Position numbers and translations under genes: made by a program. Positions 38,201 to 46,963 of a DNA stretch of 64,000 nt are shown one piece after another. Within the stretch, counting starts at the first letter, position 1; each line of letters begins with the position of its first letter. The notes beneath the pieces were generated by a model, which ran no database searches, was not told where the DNA came from, and saw only the letters and a program-made list of their open reading frames with translations. Source of the DNA: Candidatus Woesebacteria bacterium RIFCSPLOWO2_01_FULL_39_61 (lineage in GTDB: Bacteria > Patescibacteriota > Microgenomatia > UBA8517). The stretch is taken from positions 23-64,022 of the forward strand of contig MGHI01000005.1 in NCBI GenBank assembly GCA_001793155.1. Direction: 5' to 3'.

Positions 38201-38914
38201 ATGGAAATAAAGATATTTTCTACAATAGAAGGAGCGAAAAACGCTATAGGCCTTGCGGTAATAATAGATGTTTTAAGAGCTTGTACGACAATTCCCGTTT
38301 TATTCGATAAAGGTGCAGTTGAAATTATTCCTGTAAGAACTCTGGACGAAGCTCTCGCTTATGAGAAAAAAGGCTTTGTTTTGGTGGGAGAAGGAGAACA
38401 TGGTCAGGCTCATGACGCATTTCATCACATAAATTCTCCCTCTGAAGTTGTTAACGAAGATTTTACCGGAAAGAGAATTGTTTTAAGAAGTAATAATGCG
38501 ACCCAAGCAATAATGGATGCAGCAAAATCTGAAGACACCGTTTTAGCTTCTTTTGTCAACTTAAATGCGGTAGTGGATTATATTCGTAAAAATAAACCAA
38601 AAGTTGTGTCTTTGGTTGCTTTAGGGAGACTTGGTGAAAGGGGACTCGAAGACGATGAATGTGCGGGGGCAATTAAAAGCATATTGGAAAATAAACCTTA
38701 CGATTTTGAAGATATGAAAAAGCGGGTTTCAGTGTGTGATTGTGCAGTTCTAGTTAGAGAGACCTTGGGTAAGCCGAAAGACGTGGATATGGGACTAGAA
38801 GTAAATTCTTATCCAATTGTTCCTAGAGTTGATACAGAAAATAAAATTAAGGTGATTAGACCCTACTTTGAAATACAAGAAAATAATAATAAGCGTCTTC
38901 TAAACAGGTCTTGA
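38201..38914 (+). CDS. comB: 2-phosphosulfolactate phosphatase family protein
   Basis: VIIDVLRACTT, GE, NSP, SNNAT, EDD.CA. Confidence 0.8.
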   Translation: MEIKIFSTIEGAKNAIGLAVIIDVLRACTTIPVLFDKGAVEIIPVRTLDEALAYEKKGFVLVGEGEHGQAHDAFHHINSPSEVVNEDFTGKRIVLRSNNATQAIMDAAKSEDTVLASFVNLNAVVDYIRKNKPKVVSLVALGRLGERGLEDDECAGAIKSILENKPYDFEDMKKRVSVCDCAVLVRETLGKPKDVDMGLEVNSYPIVPRVDTENKIKVIRPYFEIQENNNKRLLNRS

Positions 38915-38938
38915 CAAAAGACCTGTTTTTGGTATCAT
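38902..38938 (+). promoter_or_regulatory. TA promoter with palindromic operator
   Basis: AAACAGGTCTT..AAGACCTGTTT inverted repeat overlapping TTGACA; TATCAT -10; ATG 6 nt later. Confidence 0.7.
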
Positions 38939-38944
38939 TAGTCA

Positions 38945-39187
38945 ATGACAAGCGTATCTATTTCCGAACTAAAAGCAAATCCTTCCGCGGTACTTTCTGC
39001 TGCAGATGATTATCCCATTTCTATTAAGAAAAGAAATAAAACAGCTGGTTATGTAGTTGGAAAGGATATTTTTGAAAAACTGGTTACTTTTGTCGAAGAC
39101 TATATAGATAAAAAGGCTATAGAGGATGCAGATTATACTAGAGGAACTAGTCTTGATGACTTTGTGAAAGAACTGGGTTTGGAATAA
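38945..39187 (+). CDS. Phd/YefM-family antitoxin
   Basis: SVSISELKANPS..PISIKKRNK..GYVV. Confidence 0.85.
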   Translation: MTSVSISELKANPSAVLSAADDYPISIKKRNKTAGYVVGKDIFEKLVTFVEDYIDKKAIEDADYTRGTSLDDFVKELGLE

Positions 39188-39451
39188 ATGGAAGTAGTTG
39201 TTACCCCTCAAGCTAAAAAGCAAATCAAAAAGCTCTCCAAAGTTACACAGATTTTGATTGTTGAAAAACTGAAAAAATTAGAATTAGGAATTTTAGTAAA
39301 TTTTCAAAAACTGTCCGGTTATAAAGGTGCCTTTAGAGTGCGAGTGGGAAATTACAGAATAGTTTACAGGTTACTTAAGGGTAAAGCTTATGTTGTATTA
39401 GTTGGTCACAGAAAGGAGATTTATTTACTCTTGAGGAAGTTGTTGGGTTAA
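39188..39451 (+). CDS. RelE/StbE-family toxin
   Basis: KLSG..FRVRVGNYRIVY..VGHRKEIY. Confidence 0.9.
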   Translation: MEVVVTPQAKKQIKKLSKVTQILIVEKLKKLELGILVNFQKLSGYKGAFRVRVGNYRIVYRLLKGKAYVVLVGHRKEIYLLLRKLLG

Positions 39452-39463
39452 AATCAAAAAACG

Positions 39464-39940
39464 ATGAAAATTGATGAAAGTTGGTATAAAAAACCCAAAA
39501 ATAAAAACTTTCCGACTCAAGATATGGCCGGTGGAATCGTGGTTCGCAGGGAAGGCGGAAAGGTTATGATAGCCTTAGTCGGCGATAAAAAAATTCCAGA
39601 CTTTATTTTACCAAAAGGAAGGATAGAAAAAGGCGAGTCGGAGTTAAATGCGGCCAAGAGAGAAATTGCGGAGGAAACAGGCCTGCAAAGTCTTAAGTTG
39701 ATAAAGAAACTTGGAATTAAAGAAAGATTCACATTTAAGAAAAATTACTGGAATACATACTACTATTTTTTATTTGTTACGGACCAAGAGCATGGAAACC
39801 CTGATTTGCAGGAGGGTGAGAAAGACTATTTTACCGAATGGTTTAACATAGATAACTTGCCTCTGATGTTTTGGCCAGAACAAGGGCAGTTGATTGAAGA
39901 AAATAGAGAAAAGATTAAAAGACTCATAAAATACGCTTAG
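39464..39940 (+). CDS. NUDIX hydrolase (Ap4A-hydrolase-like)
   Basis: AGGIV..LPKGRIEKGESELNAAKREIAEETG. Confidence 0.9.
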   Translation: MKIDESWYKKPKNKNFPTQDMAGGIVVRREGGKVMIALVGDKKIPDFILPKGRIEKGESELNAAKREIAEETGLQSLKLIKKLGIKERFTFKKNYWNTYYYFLFVTDQEHGNPDLQEGEKDYFTEWFNIDNLPLMFWPEQGQLIEENREKIKRLIKYA

Positions 39941-39944
39941 TTAC

Positions 39945-39970
39945 ACTATGATGATTCGAATCATCATAGT
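39945..39970. repeat. Perfect 26-bp palindrome sharing the TGATTCGAATCA core with 14864-14893
   Basis: ACTATGATGATTCGAATCATCATAGT. Confidence 0.88.
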
Positions 39971-40025
39971 AGCGAATATATTAATTGTTTACAGATTATC
40001 CTTGGATTAAAATAGCTATAAAGAT

Positions 40026-43000
40026 ATGCAGAAACAAATTGAACCTTCAGGAGATCCAATCTCTCCCAATAATATCTTTTATTTAATAAAAACGAGAATT
40101 TTAAAAAAGATACCTCTGACAAAAAGAACTTTTCTTTCGAAGGTAGCTTTATTATCCGTCATTTTACTCTTGCTTTATTCATTAAATCTATTTTTAAGTT
40201 TAAGACAAAAAGACAGTCTATTTAAAAGTCGAGGAATTGATTATTTAGCTGTTATTTCTGCAAGTCCTCGGGGTACAACAAAAAGTAATAAACCAAAAAT
40301 AATTGTTAAGTTCAATCTTCCCGTAACAGCACACCATATAGGTGACTACTTTTACATTAATCCTTATGTAAAAGGTAATCTTAAACAAGGATCGAGTTTG
40401 GAAGAGATAGTCTTCGAGCCTGAGGTTTCCTTACCTCGTGGTGCTTATGTTACAGTTTCTCTAAAAACTGGACTTCCCAGTAATTACGGGAAGAAACTCC
40501 TCAGTGATTATTCTTTCAATTTTACTGTCAGTCACGAAGCAAATACGGTTGCCTTTACTAGCAAAGAGTGGTCAGGTAAATTTATGAGTTTTCAAGCCTT
40601 ATATGGAACAGACATAACACTTAAGGTGGGTTCCGACATATCATATCCATCGGTTAGGATTTATAAAGCAGACGTAGGATTACTTTTAGAAAGTTTGATT
40701 TATAAAGTGAAAGATAGTAATTACAGATATCCGAGGCAGGGCGAATATATAGAAAAATCTGTAAATACTGATAAATTAAAGTTAATAAAAGAGTACAAAG
40801 AGGTTAAAGACAACGACAAAATAAATTTCAAAGGAGAAAAGGGAATCTATTTATTCCAGGCATTAGAAGGAGATTTGGTAACTAATAGCGCATGGGTTTC
40901 CCTAAACGACATTGGTATTCATTTAAGACAGGATGATGAAAAAATTTTCCTAGCTGCTCAAAGTTTAATCAGCGGTGAACCTGAAAGTGGAATCGATATT
41001 AATTTCTATAAACTTGAAGACGAACCGAAAACTTTAGCAATTCATACACTTTCAGGAATACAGGAATATCCATTTACGTATCCTGAAAGACTTGATTTAG
41101 TTATAGGGAAAAAGGGCAATGAAGTAATTATTATTCCGGTTGAAATTCCCAACAGCCAGGCAGAAATACAGCTAACTCAGAGTTTGAATAATAAATATCA
41201 GATTTTTCTTTATACCGATCGGCCTATTTATAAAAGTAATGCAAAAGTTTCTTTTAGAGGAATAGTAAGAAAAGATAACGACGCTCTTTATAAATTGCCG
41301 GATGTAACTAAAGTTAGGGTATATTTAGGTGGCGATTCTAGTTCCAAGTTTGACAAAGAGTTCGATGTTTCGGAGGAAGGAATATTTTATGGAGAATTTG
41401 ACATACCGAAAGATATAGCTAACGGCACTCGATATCTATATGCAACTACTATTCTTGATAAACAAAAATATTCTTCGGAAGGAGGTTACACTTACTTTGA
41501 CGTTTTTGAATATAAAAAACCCGTCTTTGGACTTGAAGTAGAGGTTGATAAAAGTGAATACATACGTTCTGAAAAAATCTTAGCAAAAATTAAAGGTAAA
41601 TACTTTGATGGCAGGGCTTATGCAGATCAGTCAGTGAATCTTACCATATATAGTCGTGACTATTACGAAACCGAAAAAGCAGTTTACAACAGCTCGTTTA
41701 AACTAAATGGTTGGGGAGGCATGTGTGGAGCGGGAGGTTTTGAGGATTACTATGGACAAAAAGTCGGAGAACCAAAAGAGATACAGCTTGACAAAAACGG
41801 AGAAGCCCAGGTTGAGTTTTCGACAAAGGATCTTACATCTATATTAAGTCAGGAGGTAACATTTCTTGTTCAAAAGAAAGACGAGAATGAAAATAATATT
41901 ACAGCTGCAAAAAACGCCATTGTCCATCAGGGGCAATTTAATGTTTTCTTTCGACCCGGTCCAAATAGAATTTCTTATAATGAAGAGTTTACACTCGCCT
42001 TTTATACAGAGAATCTTGGTGGAGAAAAATTAAGCGAAAAGGAATTTTCTTACGAGATCTTTGAAGAAAGTTGGGGTTCGAGCAATAAACCTTCAAAGAG
42101 AGAGATAATAAAATCAGGAAATGTTAAGACAGACTACAATGGAATTGGACTTATTAAAGAAAAGTTAGAGACACTTGAGAGCGATGATTATCTTTATATT
42201 TCAATTAAAACTCTTGATTCTTTAAATAATGTAGTTGAAGCAAGGAAAGGGATACAATTTTTCAAACAAGGACAGAATAGATATCAAAATTGGGGTTACA
42301 ATTCAATCGAACAGACAGTTCTGAAAATCACTTCTTTCAGCAACTCTCTAAAAGTGGGAGAGCCTGCCAGTCTTGAAGTCATTTCGCCAAGCGATTTAGT
42401 GGTCTTTGGTTCTTTTGAAAGAGGAAGGGTATATATTCCTCAGTGGATTAAACTTTCAAAAGGCACGAATACTTTTAAATTTGACGTTATATCTGATTAT
42501 TCACCTTCAACTACTCCAACTTTTAGTTTCTTTTATAATGGAGAATATTTCATAGAGGGTTTAAGCCTTAACGTGCCTGCCCTTCATAAATTAATCGATG
42601 TTGAAATTTCAACCGACAAAGAAAAGTATAACCCGAGCGATACGGCAATAATTACAATAACTACAAAAGATAGAGCTGGAAACTTCATTTCAGTCGATGC
42701 TGGAATTGGAATAGTAGATGAAGCAATCTTTGCCCTTAGAAAAAATGCTGCAGCTCCGCTTCATTCATCATTTTATTATTTCAGAAGGCGCTCCATCAAC
42801 TCTTCTTCGTCCTTAACTTGGATAGCAACATATAATTGGGACGGAGGCGGCGGAGGCGGCGGAGGATTTGAAGCATTTCTGAAGGATAGCGATACTCTAT
42901 ACTGGAATCCGGCTCTTAAAACAGGAACAGATGGACAGGTAAAAGTAGAAGTACCAGTTGGAGAAACCGAAACTACATGGAGGGTGCTTGTTTATGCTTC

Positions 43001-43058
43001 ATCAGACGACACAAAAGTTGGTCAATCTTCAAAAGATTTTCTGGTATCCGGACAATAA
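40026..43058 (+). CDS. Alpha-2-macroglobulin/MG2-domain membrane-anchored protein (short form)
   Basis: Ig-like N-terminus, LYTDRPIYK..VSFRGIVR, EYKKP.F, TDKEKY.P.D, GIVDEAIFAL, TLYWNP.LKT; no CxEQ thioester region. Confidence 0.85.
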   Translation: MQKQIEPSGDPISPNNIFYLIKTRILKKIPLTKRTFLSKVALLSVILLLLYSLNLFLSLRQKDSLFKSRGIDYLAVISASPRGTTKSNKPKIIVKFNLPVTAHHIGDYFYINPYVKGNLKQGSSLEEIVFEPEVSLPRGAYVTVSLKTGLPSNYGKKLLSDYSFNFTVSHEANTVAFTSKEWSGKFMSFQALYGTDITLKVGSDISYPSVRIYKADVGLLLESLIYKVKDSNYRYPRQGEYIEKSVNTDKLKLIKEYKEVKDNDKINFKGEKGIYLFQALEGDLVTNSAWVSLNDIGIHLRQDDEKIFLAAQSLISGEPESGIDINFYKLEDEPKTLAIHTLSGIQEYPFTYPERLDLVIGKKGNEVIIIPVEIPNSQAEIQLTQSLNNKYQIFLYTDRPIYKSNAKVSFRGIVRKDNDALYKLPDVTKVRVYLGGDSSSKFDKEFDVSEEGIFYGEFDIPKDIANGTRYLYATTILDKQKYSSEGGYTYFDVFEYKKPVFGLEVEVDKSEYIRSEKILAKIKGKYFDGRAYADQSVNLTIYSRDYYETEKAVYNSSFKLNGWGGMCGAGGFEDYYGQKVGEPKEIQLDKNGEAQVEFSTKDLTSILSQEVTFLVQKKDENENNITAAKNAIVHQGQFNVFFRPGPNRISYNEEFTLAFYTENLGGEKLSEKEFSYEIFEESWGSSNKPSKREIIKSGNVKTDYNGIGLIKEKLETLESDDYLYISIKTLDSLNNVVEARKGIQFFKQGQNRYQNWGYNSIEQTVLKITSFSNSLKVGEPASLEVISPSDLVVFGSFERGRVYIPQWIKLSKGTNTFKFDVISDYSPSTTPTFSFFYNGEYFIEGLSLNVPALHKLIDVEISTDKEKYNPSDTAIITITTKDRAGNFISVDAGIGIVDEAIFALRKNAAAPLHSSFYYFRRRSINSSSSLTWIATYNWDGGGGGGGGFEAFLKDSDTLYWNPALKTGTDGQVKVEVPVGETETTWRVLVYASSDDTKVGQSSKDFLVSGQ

Positions 43059-43258
43059 GTATTGAATGGAGAACTACTCATTATTTTCTATTTCTAACAG
43101 ATCAGCATAACGGTGTCCAAAATTTACAGGAAGAAGAAAACCATGTCCTTGAATGGTTTGACTTTAATAAACTACCACCCTTTTTTTGGCCGGAGCAAAG
43201 GCAGTTGATTGAAGAAAATAGAGAAAAGATAAAGAAATTAGTTTCTGTATCCCAATAG
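43059..43258 (+). pseudogene. Diverged duplicate C-terminal ~60 codons of the 39464 NUDIX gene
   Basis: HYFLFLTDQ..LQE..EWF..LP.FFWPEQRQLIEENREKIKKL versus YYFLFVTDQ..LQE..EWF..LP.MFWPEQGQLIEENREKIKRL. Confidence 0.85.
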
Positions 43259-43857
43259 ACAATAATGATTTGTTTTATCCAAATGGATATCGGCGATAGA
43301 GAAGTTTTTGAAAATACTTTTCAACTCGTCTTTTGTAAAATAATGATGCGGCAATCCTTTTTCGCTTCCGTCAAGTGGGATAGATGTATTTGGCTCAATT
43401 TTTTTAAAACTTGATCCCTGATTTTTAAATTTGGGCACTGTAACAAAAATAAGACCCTGCATTTTTAATACTCTTTCAATTTCTCTTACAATTTTCCTAA
43501 TCTCCTCAATTTTTGCATGATGAATTACTTGGACAGAAACGACCGCGTCAAAGAAATTATCTTTAAATGGTAGTTTACCTCCCATGTCTTGCAATATAAA
43601 TTTTGCCTTTAATTTTTTTCCCCTTAACCACCTTTTTGTAAGTTTTATTGCCGTTTTCGAGTTATCCAAACCATAAACGCTAAGTCCGTTTTGGGCCATG
43701 AAGATCAGATTACGGCCAGTTCCACAACCCAAATCCAATACTTTATTTAACCCACTCTTTTTTAAAAGATTTGTGATTTTAGGAATATCCTCCTGTGGGC
43801 TTTTTAAATATATACCAACTTCTTTAAATTTCTTTCCCAAACAGTTTCTCTTACCAT
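43238..43857 (-). pseudogene. Class I SAM-dependent methyltransferase, probable 1-nt frameshift near the N-terminus
   Basis: VLDLGCGTGRN, GLDNS, LPFKDNFFDAV; the ATG at 43857 (MVRETVWE, after TGCTAAAAT) is out of frame with the body by 1 nt. Confidence 0.7.
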
Positions 43858-43961
43858 GATTAAATTTTAGCAATTTTTAAAGATAAATTGCGCTGTGGTT
43901 TTAAAGCTAAACATCAGAAGCGATAACTAGAAGTTCGCGAATCTATTCTGGTCCAGTTAAA

Positions 43962-44407
43962 CTTGACTTATTATAGGATTTGGTGTATTATTCTCACACT
44001 GTCCAATTCTTTAACAAGAAAGTAAGGCAAAAATTGGCCGGAATTTAAAAGGAGGTGCGACATGCGCACACTGAATACAACGACTCGCTTTAACCTGTAA
44101 AAGATCGTCGGCCCGGGCACGAGGAGAGGACTTTTTCTCGGCAATCCCCGTCTTTGTTGATGGGTGCAAACGGAGAATTTCCTCTCCTCAAATCTTATTC
44201 GCTCAGCGCAAATGCGCGCCTACCGGAGGTGTTCCGTGATTTTTCATTTTTACTAAGTAATTAGTTTACAACTGAATATTGCGATACCGCAGCGGGCCGT
44301 GCCAGGGCGCCGGAGGGTGAGAGAAATGGATGCCAAGTGCTTTGGCTAGGGAGTCCGAAGGACTCGTTAACCTGGCTAATAGCCCGTCCATAAATCTCTC
44401 ACTCTCC
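43962..44407 (+). ncRNA. Putative structured transcript: promoter, boxA-like site, 12-aa ORF, two long hairpins
   Basis: TTGACT-18-TATTAT; TTCTTTAACAA; AGGAGGT + MRTLNTTTRFNL*; stems GAGGAGAGGA/TCCTCTCCTC and GGAGGGTGAGAG/CTCTCACTCTCC. Confidence 0.45.
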
Positions 44408-44487
44408 AACTCATTTTTCTTCAATAGGTTTTACCTCTTTGATTCTGAATAAATTTTTTTCTTAAATACCCTTCTGTAGATTGCCTA

Positions 44488-45024
44488 TTATTGTGCCGGA
44501 GTTTTTTGGTTGTACCAATCCTGTGGATCGATATTTTTTGTTGTTTCACCTTTCTTGACTTCAACAACAATTGGTTTATGTGAAGTGCAGTTTACCGAAA
44601 GTCCGCAAGTTACGAACTCTGAATAGTAAGCTTTATAAAAAAGAATATCGTTTGTATTAGCATAAACACGATATTGTCCTATCGGGGCTTCGAGTAGATA
44701 GCCTTCACCAAAAGTATATTTTGAATCCTTTATATGACTGTCTGTGCAGGCAATTGTTTGTCCTTGCAAGTTTTCCGCACAAACTTTCATGTCGGTCGGA
44801 ATACCTTCTGAAGGAAAGGATAAAGAACCTTCCAGAAAACCTTTTTCCGGAGGAGTTGTAGGTTGAGGAACAAGATTGCTTGAAATGTCGGTATCAAGGG
44901 GAGTAGTTGTTTTTTTACTACTTAATATTTTTTGGTTCAGAAAGTACAGTAATGTTACAATCGCTAATACGGTTATTACAATTGTTCCTGCGACAAGAAG
45001 GGGGATATTTTTTCGTGTCGGCAT
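44488..45024 (-). CDS. Membrane-anchored hypothetical protein
   Basis: N-terminal TM; GSLSFPSEGIP..VCAE; YSEFVTCG..C; IDPQDW. Confidence 0.7.
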   Translation of the reverse strand: MPTRKNIPLLVAGTIVITVLAIVTLLYFLNQKILSSKKTTTPLDTDISSNLVPQPTTPPEKGFLEGSLSFPSEGIPTDMKVCAENLQGQTIACTDSHIKDSKYTFGEGYLLEAPIGQYRVYANTNDILFYKAYYSEFVTCGLSVNCTSHKPIVVEVKKGETTKNIDPQDWYNQKTPAQ

Positions 45025-45031
45025 AATACAA

Positions 45032-45868
45032 TTATAACAATACGTAACTCTTATTTAAACCAACCAAATTAGGCAGTAGTATTTTTGTATAAGAAGGGGG
45101 AAAGTATACTTCTTCTCCTCCGAAACTTTTTTTAAAATGAGTAAATCCTAGCCAACTTTTATTAGGATAGCGCTCATCATAAATTCCTTCGAAGTCAAAT
45201 ATTTTTGCTCCAATATTTTTTGCCCAAGAAATTCCGGACCAGAGGATTTTATACTGAGCGTAATCTTCCCTCCCTTTTCTAGAGGAAAAAGCTTGCCAAT
45301 AGTGGACACTTTCATCTCCTTTCAGAAAGATGGCTCCTGATGATCCATCGGGTGTAACCAAAAAGATTATTTTTTTGCCAAATGATTCTTGGAGAAAACT
45401 CAAAGAATTTGTTGACGGAACGTGACGAAATAGAGGAACCGACTCTTTCCAGGATTGTCTGAATTTTTCGATATTATTGACGCTATAAACTTTTAGGTCG
45501 GCGGCCTTTTTCAGGTAATTTGGTGTGTCTTTGGCAAATTCTTCAGAAATACTGTTAAGGGATTTTGTAAGATCCATATGCAAAGTTTTAGTAATAGAAC
45601 TGATTTCCCGAGCCGTCTTAAATTTATTCTCCTTCAGGATTTTTTCTTGAATTTCGTCTTTAGGTTCGACGATAATTTGCACGCTTTTATACTTTTGTGC
45701 AATTTGTTGTACAACCTTAACCTCCAGTTTTTCGGGTCGGGGAATTTTCAGAACAGAAGACGTCAGGAAAGGCTTAATAAAGGAAAATACCTCTGACTCA
45801 TTTTCTATCTTCCAACCAATTTTAGACAAGTATTGGGCATATTCGGGGGTCTGACGGATGTCGGTCAT
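45032..45868 (-). CDS. FemAB/FemX-like peptidoglycan bridge transferase
   Basis: DIRQT..Y; FDFEGI; GFTHFKKSFGG. Confidence 0.82.
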   Translation of the reverse strand: MTDIRQTPEYAQYLSKIGWKIENESEVFSFIKPFLTSSVLKIPRPEKLEVKVVQQIAQKYKSVQIIVEPKDEIQEKILKENKFKTAREISSITKTLHMDLTKSLNSISEEFAKDTPNYLKKAADLKVYSVNNIEKFRQSWKESVPLFRHVPSTNSLSFLQESFGKKIIFLVTPDGSSGAIFLKGDESVHYWQAFSSRKGREDYAQYKILWSGISWAKNIGAKIFDFEGIYDERYPNKSWLGFTHFKKSFGGEEVYFPPSYTKILLPNLVGLNKSYVLL

Positions 45869-45871
45869 TTA

Positions 45872-46960
45872 CTAAAAGGTAGGCGGTCTTATTTTACTTT
45901 TAAGTCTGAGAAGATTCCATCTTGCCAATTCGGCCGCCCTGTATGGCCAATAAAGTGACGATGTTATCAAGTCCCAGGTTCCCAAAAATTCAATAACATC
46001 AGGACTGTAACCTTCTTTGAATTTTGTAAAACCCTTACCTTCCTCTCGTCCCCATAGATCGAATGTTTTTAATCCAAGTTTTTTGCCGTATTTTATTGCT
46101 TCCCACATCATCAGGTTGTTTGCCATTACCTCCTTGAATTTATCGGTGGATGCCCCATAAGGATAATAAAGAAAATCGTGCCAGACAAAGAGAATCCAGG
46201 TGGTAATGATTTCTCGTTTGTAACGGGCGGTTAATAATCTTGCAATCGGCCCGCCTTCGCTTGGAAGTTTCGGCGAGGCAAGTGATTGGCTTGCCCCTCG
46301 AAGCCTAGGCGGAGTGGGATGCAAATACTCCCACATCAGCCTGTGATATCTTTCCGTGTGCGCGTAAAAGCCCTGACGCTCAACGGTTTCCCGGGTTAAT
46401 TCAATATATTTTTCAAAGGCATTATCGGAGTTATCCTCAACCACCTCGACGCCGTGTTTTTGGGCTAAGCGAATATTATAACGTGTTTTAGAGTTAAAAC
46501 TTTTCATTAAATCGTCTTCTGACTTTGTGAGGTCAATCCAAAAGGTTGTTGGAGTAAATAGTGTTTTTCCTCTCACTGCACCGTTTACAGTTAGTAAATT
46601 TGTTAATTTTATTTTTGGATTTTGGGCTACGGGTTGCGAATTTTTAAGGACGGGAATATTGGGTTCCAACTTTATAAATATTAATTTTCTTTCCTTTGCC
46701 AATTTATTTAAATGAATCAGAAGCTCTTTCGTGGGTTTTAGGCCTTTTATGATCGTTCCTATTTTATAAGAAATTTTAGGAATCCTGTGGATCAAAATTT
46801 GTACAGCGTCAGTTAATTTTTTTCCGTCGAAAATTCCCAGTCTAACAACTTCGTTTCCAGCTTCTTTTCTAAACTCTCCCCACTCCCAGGATTGAAGTGG
46901 GTGTCCGGCGTTTTCATTAAAAATTTCTTTTTGATCTTCCCTGAGAAGTGAAATAGTCAT
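45872..46960 (-). CDS. FemAB/FemX-like peptidoglycan bridge transferase
   Basis: HPLQSWEWGEFR; KTRYNIRLA; YPYGAS; FDLWG; FKEGY. Confidence 0.9.
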   Translation of the reverse strand: MTISLLREDQKEIFNENAGHPLQSWEWGEFRKEAGNEVVRLGIFDGKKLTDAVQILIHRIPKISYKIGTIIKGLKPTKELLIHLNKLAKERKLIFIKLEPNIPVLKNSQPVAQNPKIKLTNLLTVNGAVRGKTLFTPTTFWIDLTKSEDDLMKSFNSKTRYNIRLAQKHGVEVVEDNSDNAFEKYIELTRETVERQGFYAHTERYHRLMWEYLHPTPPRLRGASQSLASPKLPSEGGPIARLLTARYKREIITTWILFVWHDFLYYPYGASTDKFKEVMANNLMMWEAIKYGKKLGLKTFDLWGREEGKGFTKFKEGYSPDVIEFLGTWDLITSSLYWPYRAAELARWNLLRLKSKIRPPTF

Positions 46961-46963
46961 AAT

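Noticed and set aside
44062-44100. Thr-sensing attenuator leader peptide
   Set aside because: Four Thr codons are present, but there is no co-oriented downstream gene; the next gene is convergent.
44100-44410. RNase P, SRP or tmRNA
   Set aside because: GAGGAAAGTCC, the SRP helix-8 motif and tRNA-like ends were not found on either strand.
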